From assembly GCA_951406725.2 (NCBI GenBank), contig OX597815.1:200012001-200076000 (forward strand): DNA of 64,000 bases. Direction: 5' to 3'. The translations under genes were made by a program, and so were the position numbers. Shown piece by piece: positions 13,321 through 26,899 of the stretch (the stretch's first letter is position 1; every line of letters begins with the position of its first letter). Origin of the DNA: Octopus vulgaris (Eukaryota). The notes beneath the pieces were generated by a model. The model was not told where the DNA came from. It did no database searches and saw only the letters and a program-made list of their open reading frames with translations.

Positions 13321-14014
13321 ATAAATAAACAGATTTTATGATTCAATTAAGACTTAACAATTGGTAGTTACGATACTCTTATATATTTAAAGCTCTGGTG
13401 TTAATGTCCTCTTTTACGTTTCCATGAAGAGTTAACACTCGGCAATAAAGGCCAAGTTAACGACAGCATTTTGGCAGCAACTGTAGACTGTTGGATTAAA
13501 TGAAGACATACAGCATTTAAGGGCCCCTCCACACACACACACCATCCACCGCAGATAAGTTTTGACTCAAAACGCTGCTTGGATTAATTTTGCATCTAAA
13601 TCCCTGCTGATATTCTGGATCGATAAAATGAACGCTAACAATGCATTTAGGTAAATTCAATCGACTGTGCTTCTTATCTGCGAAATTTGGCTCTGTGCCT
13701 CGTTAAAGGAAATAAGGATTCACTTCTGACAAACATATAGATTTGTTTTGAATGAGCAGCAGCAGTAGTATAGTAGTAGTGGCGGTGGTGTTGGTGAGGG
13801 ATGCGGTGGTGTTGAACATTCGTATCTCTTTACCGAAGCTGAGTGCTGTCCATAAATCCAGCATTGCGTTTACGTTTAAATATGCTTGTTTAAATTTTGG
13901 AGCAAGTTTCAGCACGCACTGAAATAACGCCAGTCACTTCTTCGCTAGGGACAGAGCCAAATCAATAGCTAACAGCAAGTATTTATATTTATTGTATAAC
14001 TATCTCTCCCCCTT

Positions 14015-14095
<81 letters not shown>

Positions 14096-14640
14096 TTATA
14101 AATATAAAGATTTATGTAAATAAGGATAAGATCGTTAATTTAAATATCGATCTTATCAAGTGGCCAGGATGGGAATAAAAACCTTCAAAGGTAATAACTA
14201 TTATTAAAATTATAATTTAGGGTATCTAAGAGATACCGCTGGAAATAGCAGCCAAAACTTGTCTCTAAAACCACATTAAATGTTCATACAGCACCTGGTG
14301 CTGTATGGAGATTTAATGTCCATACTATACTTTCGCATAAATAGTTTGAGATTTGGATCAGTAGAAAAAAAATTCCATCAAGATATCTGCGACCTAAGGC
14401 AGATATTCGTCTTCAATTAACATAAGTTTTAAAGAAAAGGTATAGTTTTTTTAGGCTTAAATGATAGAAAAATGCATGAGGAATTCAGAATGGTTAGTTG
14501 CATGGAACAAAAGTGAGTAGAAAAACAGTTAAGAAGTAAAATGTTACGAAATTTTATGTCAGTAAGTAAGATAGTAAGGGAGTAACGCTTAAGCAATAAG
14601 AATAAAGAATATATTTCTAAAATGAACGCCTACATTTTAA

Positions 14641-14740
14641 GACGGTGAGCTGACAAAACGTTAGCGCCCCGGCGAAATGCTTACCGGTATTTCGTCTTCC
14701 CTTACGTTTTGAGTTCAAATTTCGCCGAGGGTCGACTTTG
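14641..14740 (+). mobile_element. SINE type C, 5' fragment
   Basis: gacggtgagctgacaaaacgttagc...gagttcaaatttcgccgagggtcgactttg. Confidence 0.75.
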
Positions 14741-15029
14741 ATGTACAGATTATTTTATTTATTTTTTTTAACTAAAAACTTTCAAACTTCCGATACAGGT
14801 GGAATGTGTCATACAACATAGTTTACTCTTAAAGCTTTTGACAAAATGTTGCATTTTAGAAGTTATTTCGTCAGAAGTTACAGAGTGACAACGGACAAAT
14901 TCATGTTTGATAAGTGCCAATACACGAAGCTCTCAGCTTTTGACTTACTCTCTAACTTCTGCCGATGATATATATACATATTACATATATGTGTAAAAAA
15001 ATCTCATCGTGCAAGCGAACCAATGAAAG

Positions 15030-15210
15030 AGCCTTTACTTGGTCGCTCGATACGCTAAAAATAGCCGCCAACGCATCCCCCTACCTAAATCACACGACTA
15101 TTGTATGTGATGTCCTAGATTATCCCCAAAAAGACGGTTTGCTGAAGGCTGGAATGTCTTTGATGATAGGTTTGCAGTATCAGGGTTGATTTGAGGCTAA
15201 ATAACAACAA
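15030..15210 (+). mobile_element. Interspersed repeat family E copy
   Basis: cgctaaaaatagccgccaa...ggctggaatgtctttgatgataggtttg...ggctaaataacaacaa, similar to 8680-8850. Confidence 0.45.
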
Positions 15211-15727
15211 TCTTATGGTAAATTTCTATATTAACACCTGCACGATTTTCACTAAGAAAAAACAAACAAAAAAATTGATTTTTTGCGTGGAATCAAGTAC
15301 CCTGACCGCCTAATATGGTTCGGAAAAAACGAGGTGGGTCTTCCCCCCCACAATCCCGGAATCATTGGAAATTGCTTTTCGTTGAATGACTTCCTGCGGC
15401 CTCTTAATATTGCAAAATCTGGTTACTTAAGGTGAGCCTGGTAACTAATGGTTTTGGGGTGTTGTTTGTAACTCTCGGTGAACCATGGTGCAACCAACAA
15501 CATGTTAAAAATCCCTGCCATTAATTTGATGTGGATCGGTAATATCAAATAATTCAATCACAACATATATTTGAATTAAACATGAAAAAAAATTGAAATA
15601 TTATCATCACTTACATAGAAAAATTGAAGTATTATCTTTCAGTATTTTATAAGGTAAAATCTTAAATTATTAATTGACACATTATTAATTATCTTATAAC
15701 AGCAATGCTTGGAAAAATCATGGATTA

Positions 15728-16249
15728 CATGTAAAAATGCAAGCATGAAAAGAAATATTCATAAGACTATATACCTGGAAAAGTACAGGACAAGCTATTA
15801 CACCTGGAAAAGTACAGGACAAGCTATTACACCTGTAAAAGTATAGGACAAGCTATTACTTCTAGTAAAGTAAAGAATAAGAAAATTTTTACTTTCAATA
15901 TTGCAGCTAAAATTAAAATTTGAATATTAAAACTTATTTTATTATAGTTTACAAATAATACTATGCTTATTTACGTAGAATTTGGCTGACAGAAAAAGTG
16001 ACTAATTAGACAAACTTACAAATTAGCTGAACAGTTTTGTACAATAAATTTAAAAGATGAGAACTGTAAAGAGTGATAAATTAGAACTGGCATTCTTTGC
16101 TGCAATATTTTAAGTAAAAAGTTTCTTATTCTTTACTTTAGTAGTAGTAATAGCTTGTCCTATACTTTTACAGGTGTAATAACTTGTCCTGTACTTTTCC
16201 AGGTTTATAATCTTAAGAATATTATTTTTCATACTCGCATTTTCCCATG
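15728..16249. mobile_element. Foldback/MITE-like element with long inverted arms containing 29-bp subrepeats
   Basis: Arm 15728-15910 is the reverse complement of 16097-16249. The unit acctggaaaagtacaggacaagctattac occurs 3x on the left (15773, 15802, 15831) and 2x on the right. Termini TA|CATG...CATG|TA. Confidence 0.82.
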
Positions 16250-16445
16250 TAATAATATATATTAAGTACTTGAGCCAGAATTGGAATCAATTTATGCAGG
16301 ACTTTCTGGAGGCGTTATAATTTAATAGTTTGTTTAGATTTGAAAAACCTAGTCTTGCAAAAATGCATAAAATATAGTAGCTCAAAGATGCACCTTATTG
16401 AATTATAGACAGGACAAGTTTGGGCCTGCGTGGATTTTGTAATTA

Positions 16446-16845
16446 TACTCTTTTACTCTTTTACTTGTTTCAGTCATTTGACTGCGGCCATGCTGGAGCA
16501 CCGCCTTTAATCGAGCAACTCGACCCCAGGACTTATTCTTTGTAAGCCCAGTACTTATTCTATCGGTCTCTTTGCTGAACCGCTAAGTGACGGGCACATA
16601 AACACGCATCGGCTGTCAAGCGATGTTGGGGGGAAAAACACAGACATATAAGCCCCCCCCCCACGTATATATACATATATACGACGAGCTCCTTTCAGTT
16701 TCTGTCTACCAAATCCACTCACAAGGCTTTGGTCGGCCCGAGGCTATAGTAGAAGACACTTGCCCCAAGGTGCCGCGCAGTGGGACTGAACCCGGAACCA
16801 TGTGGTTGGTAAACAAGCTACTCACCACACAGCCACTCCTGCGCC
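16446..16845 (-). mobile_element. SINE type A
   Basis: Full-length match to the other type A copies. Confidence 0.9.
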
Positions 16846-17324
16846 TAATTGTTCTTGAAATTTAAAAGTAAATTTATTGGTTGCTGTCAGATAATCCTTC
16901 ATCTCCATTTCTGGAAAGACAAGGTAGAATAAGCTATACGCATTGAAACACAATTCTGACAGTATCAAAGATATATTTCAGAACTATCTACTATGAAAAA
17001 TAGTCTTTTAATTTGAAAATATATAAAACAGAACTCAAACATTTTTAAAGACCATAATGAAAATATTTAGTATTACTTCGAAATATTTATTCCATATTTT
17101 ATAGTAATTATTACTATTTTAAGCATAACATCAGCAATTTTTAACAATGGGGTTAGTCCATTAAATCGGCTCTGCTTTGGTAACTAAGTTTATCAACCCG
17201 GAAGAAAAGTAAGAAATGTATGAGCAGGATTGATTTCAGACTGTAAAGGGTAGGTATCGCAAGGCATTATCTTAGACTCTCTAAGGAGTCTCCCAATTCA
17301 CTAATCTTGCCTTTTTTTTTGTAG

Positions 17325-17416
17325 CAATGATAGCTAACATGCACAAAGCAAGCAGGAAACTTGCATATAGATCTGATTGGCAACAGCTCTTGAAATTTTG
17401 GCTCTTTATGAGATAA
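17325..17416 (+). CDS. Candidate terminal coding exon
   Basis: Branch-like ctaat followed by cttttttttttgtag acceptor. Phase 1 matches the donor at 10472. Reads (A)MIANMHKASRKLAYRSDWQQLLKFWLFMR*. Confidence 0.4.
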
Positions 17417-18518
17417 TACCATTATGCTATTCAAATTCTTTTTTCTATGACAAACGTGCATACAAGAAATATAATTAGTTACTGAAGGTAACTAAATTTT
17501 GTAGCACATGGATTTCTTGTGTGTATACTATTATCATATTTTGGTGCTTAGCAAAATTATATTTTTTAGAATATTTTCTAATCCAGTTTCCAAAATATAA
17601 TTATAATCTTAACATGTGATGAACCTTAAAAATCTGCACTTACTTAAACCTATGATGGGACTTTAAAAAACTGCATTAAAAGGGTGCAAGTGGATAGTAG
17701 TTTATGAGTGATGTCATATGCCATGATAGGGGTTTCATTGTATGTTGAACTTAGGGAGCAAGATACTACTGCGTTTTTATTTATTATTCTATTTATATAT
17801 TTATCTATTTATCTATTGTCTGTTTCCAAGAGGGAGAAACTAATAACTTTCTGCATCCTATTTAATTGGTAAGCCTAAAACAGCCGAAGATGAGTTTGAA
17901 CTGCTTTAGATTGAATCATTTTCGGAATATGAAACGAAAATTCCAGAAGACTCTATTTATGACAAGGATTGCGAAAATGTCAAGTCGGTGATCTAATATT
18001 ACGAGAGACTGTTGGAATAACACGATGAGAAAAGACAGTGAATTTGATGGGTTATGGTGGTAGAAGTGCATGACTCATTTAGCTAGTAGAGGAGGAATCT
18101 TTATAACAGCCATCAAAAATACATAAGGTTTGATTGTGTATATAAGAGGAAGAGAGTGTCAATTGATTTATACGGGGTTGATGAGTGAAAGTTTAATTTC
18201 CATTTAGAACAAGTGTCTTCAAATAAGGCGGGGAATTTGCCAAGTCGTTAAAGCGTCAGATAGAATTTCTTATGGTATTTGGTAGGTGTTCTGAACTGAA
18301 GTACAGCTGTAGTCAATTTTTCCTTTCATCCTTTCGAAGTCGATAGTATTTCAGTTAAGTAGTGCTAACGATTTTTCCTCAGTTTCTTATCCCACTCTCT
18401 CGGAATTTGCTTGAGCTGACGAGATAGTGTCACCCGACAGAAGTTAGCACAGACATTTTGTATTCTCACACAAACCTTCTGTAGCAAGCACTAGTTGCTT
18501 GTTATGAAACTCGTAAGG

Positions 18519-18596
18519 TATCGTACGTTGACCTGATGAGCAAAGCAAGGAAAGAAGCAGTTAGACTTCGTTTAATTGAAACGTACGATATGTTAA
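18519..18596 (+). ncRNA. Degenerate hammerhead-like motif
   Basis: CTGATGA (18533) ... GAAA cgtacg (18578). No valid cleavage triplet and a poor stem II. An 11-bp inverted repeat tatcgtacgtt/aacgtacgata brackets the core. Confidence 0.4.
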
Positions 18597-18755
18597 TTTT
18601 ATAGTCACAGATAGATCTGGATGCCATCTGTGTACCGAGGTATAGGCTGTGTACAAGATAAAGGAGATTCTATTTAGGGATGTCGGTAAAACACTAGTGA
18701 CGTGACTAGAAAGCAAACATAACAAAGTATCGTACACCAACATGAAAGTAATGCT

Positions 18756-18822
<67 letters not shown>

Positions 18823-18825
<3 letters not shown>

Positions 18826-18960
18826 CAAAATGGGACAAGAACGCAAAACATCCAGATAGACGATGCAAAAAAAAACACGGACGGGTCCTTCGAAGCCTTT
18901 AATCTTCAGTCAAGAACCGGATCATCCTCGCAATTTCGGCAATCAGCGTTCTTGTCCCTT
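18823..18960. mobile_element. Short (TA)n-embedded element, second copy at 50065-50190
   Basis: gggacaagaacgcaaaacat...ttcgaagcctt..atcttcagtcaa.aaccggatcatc.tcgcaat is shared by both loci. Here it has 13-bp inverted ends gggacaagaacgc/gcgttcttgtccc. Confidence 0.7.
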
Positions 18961-18999
18961 ATATATATATAGCGGCGTTGTACACTTTCTTCTCTCCCC

Positions 19000-19068
<69 letters not shown>

Positions 19069-19929
19069 ATGTATATATAATGCTTGTATATATAATTTGA
19101 ACTCATGGACAACATACGACGAATTGTTCGTGATTGTAATATTAAATGACGGTACTGATTGCCCTCAGTCAGAAAATAAATACACTCAAATTTACTCTAC
19201 AAAGATAATTTGAAGAGGCCAAAACAAGATCAGCGATTTCTTGTCGTACAGCGATCTCCAGTGGTGTATATCTCACCACATTGTTTACGTAGAGAGGAAA
19301 AAAACATATATGAAAGTTTTTTTTTCAATATAAGATCTAGTTCATTTGAACTTGCTAGCCTTTATTGATTGATATTTAACTTTCATACCTACATTTTTGT
19401 CCATTCAGACACTATCCTGGACTCTTGTCTAACGTATAATAAATAGCAAAATAACACGCTAATACCCGAAAGCAATTATCAATAATTCTTCATCTAAACA
19501 AGAAAAATATGAAGTCAAATATTGGCATTTGTTCCTCAAGTTTCCAGAATATAGCACCAATATGACTCCATTTAATGATACTATCTAAAAGGGACAGCGG
19601 GGTTTCTATTGATTGTGATAAGCGTTCCCAAATAAACGAATTGTGGGACCCATTAATGATCTACTTTCTTATTTCCCTAAACGACTTGTAATCTATCTCT
19701 TTGTCGATCACCTCTCTTCCCTACACACTTTCCTATTTACTTTCTTTTCTGTGTGTAAGCTTATCTGATCCCACTCCTCGTCACCTCTCTCTCTCTGCTG
19801 GCACACATACACACGGATATATATACATACATGCAGGTATGTATATATATATATATGTATGTGCATACATACGTACATACATACATGCATGTATGTATGT
19901 ATATACATATTTTTAAGTATGTATATATT

Positions 19930-20140
19930 CGTTGGAAATTTTGGCACAAAGCCAACAATTTCAGGGGAACGGTTAAGTCGATTACGTCGACTCCAAGTGA
20001 TCAACTTATAATTATTTTATCGACCCGGAAAGATCGAGTGTCAAATTTGACCTTAGCGGAATTTGAACTCAGAACATAAAGACAGACGAAATATCACTAA
20101 GTATTTCGCCCGGCGTGCTAACGTTTCGGCCAGCTCACTA
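19930..20140 (-). mobile_element. SINE type C (alternative tail)
   Basis: gcggaatttgaactcagaac...gacgaaata...ttcgcccggcgtgctaacgtttc. Confidence 0.8.
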
Positions 20141-20212
20141 CCCTAGAATATGCATATACTGGTGTTTGTTCTCTGCCAAGTTATATATACATGTAGACGC
20201 ATATATACATAG

Positions 20213-20277
<65 letters not shown>

Positions 20278-20433
20278 TATAAGAAGAGATGACCACTAAG
20301 TGGACATCCAATATGCTAGAAGAAGATCACCCACGATCTAACCACAAAGAAATGAATCTTCTCTAGAGAAATTCAACAAACACCAGAACATAAGCGGATA
20401 AGACAGAGGAAAATATACAAAATAAAGAATTAA

Positions 20434-20499
20434 TCGTAGAGCGATTTCGTCATTAACGATTTTACTTACGTAACATCGTCCGTGGACTCTTCAGTACGA
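20434..20499 (-). ncRNA. Type I minimal hammerhead ribozyme (Penelope-type)
   Basis: tcgta-CTGAAGA-gtc[..acgat..atcgt..]gac-GAAA-tcgc-TC-tacga. Perfect 5-bp stem I, paired stem II, minimal stem III. Confidence 0.8.
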
Positions 20500-20898
20500 C
20501 CGTTGTAATTCAATATAATTTGTTGAACTATATACGAGTTGTCCTCATAAAATTAAATGTGTGTACAGTTCTACCGATTACATTTGGGGTTATTTTCAAA
20601 TGTCTCAGTTCTGGCGTACTAAATCCCGGAAACAGTTCTGCAGAAGATAATTCACTGCAGTTGCCGGTTAGAGAACATGATTATTTAAAATTTAAATAAT
20701 GAGGGTGATAAATTGAATATTAATTTAATTAACATCAATTTAAAACCCGTAGCCTAGCTTATAGGAAAATCTATATATGTGTATATATATAAAAATCTAT
20801 ATATGTGTATGTATATATAACTTGTATTAAGCTAAAGGATTATTACTTAATATTTTGTAGTAGAGTACAAGATTATTAAACTTTTGCTAAAAGTGTGT

Positions 20899-20988
20899 TG
20901 ACAGAGACCTCGAAGTTTCGGCTCGGTATCTTTCTTCAGAGTTGAGACCAAAGAGGTCCAACAGGCTGAAACTTCGAAGTCACTGTCA
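20899..20988. repeat. 24-bp inverted repeat made of two back-to-back hammerhead 3' halves
   Basis: tgacagagacctcgaagtttcggc / gctgaaacttcgaagtcactgtca (21/24 match). Each arm reads GAAA-cttcgaRg-TC on its own strand. Confidence 0.7.
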
Positions 20989-21248
20989 GTGTTGTTTTTA
21001 ATAATTTAAATTTTTCTTCTTCTTCTTCTGAAGAAGGAGCTGTTTCCTGACAAATATACAATGCTCCATCGTTGTAATGTAGATAAGGAAAACAATGTCA
21101 CATCTTAAACTCGAGAGAAATCTTGCATAGTTTTACTGTTCGACTTACAGAATGTATTTATAAAGTTAGTTAATAATTTTTTTGTGAAAATCCAAGCTTA
21201 TCCAGGCCGTCAATTATATGCATGTATTTATGTAAGTATGTATTATAC

Positions 21249-21547
21249 GTGGAGGCGAAATGGCCCAGTGGTTAGGGTAGCGGATTCGCGGTCGTAGGAT
21301 CGCGGTTTCGATTGTGAGTGTTTATTGAGCGAAAACACCTAAAGCTCCACGAGGCTCCGGCAGGGGGTGGTGGCGATCCCTGCTGTAATCTTTCGCCACA
21401 ACTTTCTCTCACTCTTTCTTCTGTTGGCCTGTTCGCTTAGCCAGCGGGATGGCGTCATTTCAAGGCTAAAACAATGCAAAGCGCATTGTGACCAGCGATG
21501 TGTAGCAACATCCATCTGATAGCCTGGTCGGTCACGGTAATCACGGT
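21249..21547 (+). mobile_element. SINE head type B with tail module ii
   Basis: B head followed by ttagccagcggg..ggcgtcatt...gtgaccagcgatgtgtagcaacatc. The tail is shared with 53504-53683. Confidence 0.85.
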
Positions 21548-23473
21548 AATATATTACACTCACATACACACACGTGCGCGCACACACACACGCACAAAAG
21601 AATCTGAGGCTAGTTGCTTAGCTGAGTAGCTCTGAAGCGTGTTATTTCGGACTCACTCCTCTTGCATGGCACTGTGGATGTATCCTACAATTGATCCGGT
21701 TCGACCCAATGCTTTGCAGATGAATGTGGTAGTGCTATGTATTTAGATAATCAGGTTCACGGGGTGACATAATGAAGATTGTTCTCAAAAAATCGTTATT
21801 AATTGAAATTATCCTTTTAGTTGAAATATAGAAGACAAAAATCTAGAGGCAATTGCTAGTTATACTAAAAAAATGTGGAGATTATTACACAAGGAATTAG
21901 GAATTGTTCTCTGAAAGCTAGTTTAAATATCCGAGAATTGAAAGTCTGATTTTGCTTTGTGAACTATGGACAATTTATTTCGGCTTGTTAAAGCTCACAA
22001 GTATAGCTTAGTCTAACTAAAGCTCACGTATTGTATCCAATAGAGGTTAACCTCCATCCACTTCTGTCTGCCTCTCTCTCTCTCTTTCTTTCTTTTTGTA
22101 TCTGGCTTTATATCCCATTGAGAATGATAAAATAAATAGCCATTGAGCACTCGGGTTCATGAAACTGACTTATCTCCCCTCTTAAATCTTGCTGGCCTTG
22201 TGCCAAAATTAGAATCATTATTTTCAGTTGGTAGTAAAAGATTATGAACCCACTGGTATATGCGAAGCTTAAGTATGAAATGTCTAACATCTCATATACA
22301 AACAATCATAATTAAATATAAACAAATCAGCTCTCACATGCAACAAAGTTTAAAAAAATGGAAATTATAAAATTGGAATCGAACTTGAAGGTAGGAATTA
22401 AGTTCTTTCGTGTTTGTGTGTTTCTATGTTTTCTAGCTAGTTAGACCAAGCGAGCAAGAGATGAAATTATTGCCGCAGGCTTAGTAATATTGCACAATAA
22501 AAGAGATTGGTCCGTTTACATGTTATCAAATCGGGCCTTTAAAATTGTTTATATAGAGTTGAAGTTTGCGCGCTTTCGTATTATCGTGTTAAAAAATGCC
22601 GATCAGCTGAGATTACTTATGCAATTAGTAGATAAAATTCCTTCTCTGGTATGTTTGATATCTTAAAAGGAAAGAAAAATAATAAGTGATTTTCAATAAG
22701 ATCAGTTGATTGAAATTTCTGGACAATATACAGTAGACAATTAAAGTGGATTCTTTCCCACTTTAATATATATGTGAAACTACCGTACTTGTGTTGTATA
22801 CACAACGTTGCCCCAAGCTTTCCCTTCAGCTAAATTGTTAGGATTTTTCTAGTCTACTTCAATGAGTTGATTGAATATATAGAAATGAACAATAAACAGT
22901 CATCCATTTGGCTAATAAATGAAATAAGTTGAACACTACACCTGGTGTGACTTATATTGTGCTAATAATTACCATATATGTTGAGCATATAATTTTCCAA
23001 TGTCTATTGCTTTAATTCAAATGAATTATGACCCCTCATGCATTTAAATTCAAGATACTAAATATGTGTTTTCTATGAATACGCAGGATCTGTTGGATAA
23101 AAGTACACTGATCCAAACCAATGTTTTGTGCTATATGAGCACTACCACATTCATCTGAAATATATGTATGAGAAATAATCTAATACAAAATAATATTATT
23201 CGGAAGACGTTAGAGTGTATACTGGTAAATATTCCAGTATAAGGTATTTCATAATATCATCTACAAGTACATCTGACATTGTGCTTTAAGAATCCGTATA
23301 GTAGTAATTTTAGATATCTTGTCGGCTAGACAGAAAATCTTATGCGTTTTCGAGTAAGTGAAATGAGGATTAATTTTGTCTTAACGAATGCCATTACAGG
23401 AGTAAAAAAACCCAAAAATCAACATAAAATCGCTTCAGATTGAGGATTAAATGAGCAAAGCAACAACCTCATA

Positions 23474-23891
23474 TACTCTTTTTACTCTTTTACTTGTTTC
23501 AGTCATTTGACTGCGGCCATGCTGGAGCACCGCCTTTAATCGAGCAACTCGACCCCGGGACTTATTCTTTTGTAAGCCCAATACTTATTCTATCGGTCTC
23601 TTTTGCCGAACCGCTAATGTGACGGGGACATAAACACACCAGCATCGGTTGTCAAGTAATGCTGGGGGCACAAACACAGACACACAAACACACACACGCA
23701 TATATATATATATATATATACATATATACGACGAGCTTCTTTCAGTTTCCGTCTACCAAATCCACTCACAAGGCTTTAGTCGGCCCGAAGCTATAGTAGA
23801 AGACAGTTGCCCAAGGTGCCACGCAGTGGGACTGAACCCGGAACCATGTGGTTGGTAAACAAGCTACTTACCACACAGTCACTCCTGCGCC
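23474..23891 (-). mobile_element. SINE type A
   Basis: Full-length match. Confidence 0.9.
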
Positions 23892-24225
23892 TATATAATC
23901 ACAAGTTTTTACTTCTCAACACCATGATTTTCTATATGTTTAATTTTGTCACCAGAAACACCTTTGCTATATGTTTTTACATTTAACACTCTATACTGCT
24001 CTATTTAGAATCCACATTCGTGTATTTATCCGTCCTACTGTCTATTTCACAGTCTATTTACCGTTCAGTACTTGTCTACAAACACTCTATATTGGCCTAC
24101 TTGATCTTCCACCATTGCTTATTTTATAGTTCATAGTGTTCTATGTAATAGTTCACGTTTGTATATTTAGCAATTCATGTAGATCTGTTCATTAGTTCCC
24201 GCTGCACTACATAGCAATTCATACC

Positions 24226-24458
24226 TATTTCTTTACTGCCCACAAGGGGCTAAACACAGAGTGGACAAACAAGGACAGACAAACGGATTAAGTCGATTAT
24301 ATCGACCCCAGTGCGTAACTGGTACTTATTTAATCGACCCCGAAAGGATAAAAGCAAAGTCGACCTCGGCGAAATTTTAACTCAGAACGTAGCGGCAGAC
24401 GAAATACCACTAAGCATTTCGCCCGACGTGCTAACGACTCTGCCAGCTCGCCGCCTTA
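24226..24458 (-). mobile_element. SINE type C monomer with 15-bp TSD
   Basis: TSD atagcaattcatacc at 24211-24225 and 24459-24473. Confidence 0.92.
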
Positions 24459-24590
24459 ATAGCAATTCATACCGTCAATTTAATCTTCCGTACTGGTACA
24501 TATAAACACCCAGCCTGGTTTATTTGGGGCACAGACATGCCTATTTAGCCACACAAAATATTCTCTTTAAGAAAGAATTATGAAGAGCCT

Positions 24591-24932
24591 GTTGAGGAGG
24601 AGCAATGGCCTGGTAGTTAGGGCAGCGGACTCGCAGTCGTAGGATCACTGTTTCGGTTCCCAGACCGGGCGTTGTGAGTGTTTATTGAGTGAAAACATCT
24701 AAAGCTTCACGTGGCTTCTGCTGTACTCTTTCACCACAATTTTCTCTCACTCTTTCTTCCTGTTTCAAAGGGCCAGCCTTGTCCCATTCTGTGTCATGCT
24801 GAATCTCCCCAAGGACTAAGTTAGGGGTACACTTGTCTGTGGATTGCTCAGCCACTTGCACGTAAATTTTACGAGCAGGCTGTTCCGTGATCGGATCAAC
24901 TACAACCCTCGTTGTCATAACCGACGGAGTGC
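24591..24932 (+). mobile_element. SINE head B with tail module i (internally deleted)
   Basis: Matches 6950-7329 with deletions. Confidence 0.85.
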
Positions 24933-25424
24933 CATGATCAAGAGCATGCAGGTAACGTTGTTGGGCTCTTATCGAGATACGAACTTCGTAGCGAGTGTTC
25001 AGTTAAAGCAATCTATCAGCGCTCTTAAATAAGCCGAACATATTCGGAATATATGTTCTGTATTTCTATCTGTATTCGAAATAATACGAAACTATAAAAG
25101 TCTTGTTTTGCTTTCTCTATTTTTCTTTTACTCTACTAATGCACCAGCAATGAAAACAAAATATCTGTCATTTATAGAAGAATTATCAATCATTCTCGAA
25201 GATTTTTTTGATATTTTTTTTCTTTGGCGACCATAATTGTTTTCAATACAAGTGGGACTTGAAATCTAGTTAAAAAAGAAAAAAAAATATTATTCCCTGG
25301 TGGAAAGCCGGCTAGGCTGTCAAAAATGCCAAATATTGGTCTAATAGTTTCCAACAACAACAACAACAACAATAACTACAACAATCATTACAACAACACT
25401 AAGAACAATAAAAATTTAATTTGA

Positions 25425-25750
<326 letters not shown>

Positions 25751-25914
25751 TGTGTATGAAACTTGCAAGAAAAACAATGATATAAAGAATAGTAAATTAA
25801 AAATTCTTGAACTTGCACTTCTAGGAAAGGGAATTTCATGAAAACAACTGAAAAATGTGTCATGGATGACACACTGTACTAAATTTAGAGATAATGAAGA
25901 AAAAAATATGACAT

Positions 25915-26376
25915 AGAAGATGATGACAATGGGGAAGATGAAGACGACGATGAAAACGACGACGATGACACCGACCACATCAACAATGACAACGACGACG
26001 ACGATGATCATGATGTTAGCGATGATGATAATGATGATAAGAAAACAAAAACAAAAAAAACAACAAAAAAAAACAAAAGACAAAAAAAACAACAAAAAAA
26101 CGACAACAAAAAACATAAAAAACGAAAAAGCAAAAAAACCCCAAAAACAAAAGAAAAAACAGAACGAAGCGAAGCTAATATTTCAGATTGATATACAAAC
26201 AACATTAAGTAAAAGTTGTAACAACAATAAAACCACAAATGTGAAATAAAAAATATATAACACAAACAAACAAAAACGATAAAATAATAATAATAATAAT
26301 AATAATAGTAATAATAATGATAATAATAATAATAATAGTAATAATAATAATAATAACAACAACAATGATACTAATG

Positions 26377-26413
<37 letters not shown>

Positions 26414-26433
26414 TAATAATAATACTAATGATG

Positions 26434-26486
<53 letters not shown>

Positions 26487-26487
26487 G

Positions 26488-26528
<41 letters not shown>

Positions 26529-26540
26529 TATAATAATAAA
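25915..26540. repeat. (GAY)n, A-rich and (AAT)n low-complexity block
   Basis: Direct inspection. Confidence 0.9.
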
Positions 26541-26899
26541 TTAAAACGAAAATTTGTGTTTATTTAAAATGGCTATCACTCATCATTGTCGAATTTCTTT
26601 TTTTCTTTGGTGTTGTTTTTTTTACCCAAGATGTCATGTTTGTTTGCACGGGAATCTTCTAATGCAGAGATTAGTTCTCTGTGCCCGTTGGTGTGTGTGT
26701 ATGTGTGTGTGTGTGCGTGTGTGTGTGTGTGGGGGGGTGTTGCTCTTTTCGTTGTTCTTGCTCTGTGCCGATAAGCGCCATTTTATCAGGTTCATAGCAG
26801 AGAAAGTAATTAAGCAAAGCCTTGTTTGTGACCTACAAATTTAATAACGCTAATAATTACCCCACTTTTAACCAGTGAAATACATACACAGAGAACTTT

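Noticed and set aside
15773-15860. 29-bp direct repeats resembling a CRISPR array
   Set aside because: No spacers, eukaryotic context, and mirrored in an inverted arm.
24221-24226. Apparent third example of the SINE C concatemer junction (atacctatttc)
   Set aside because: The atacc belongs to the 15-bp TSD.
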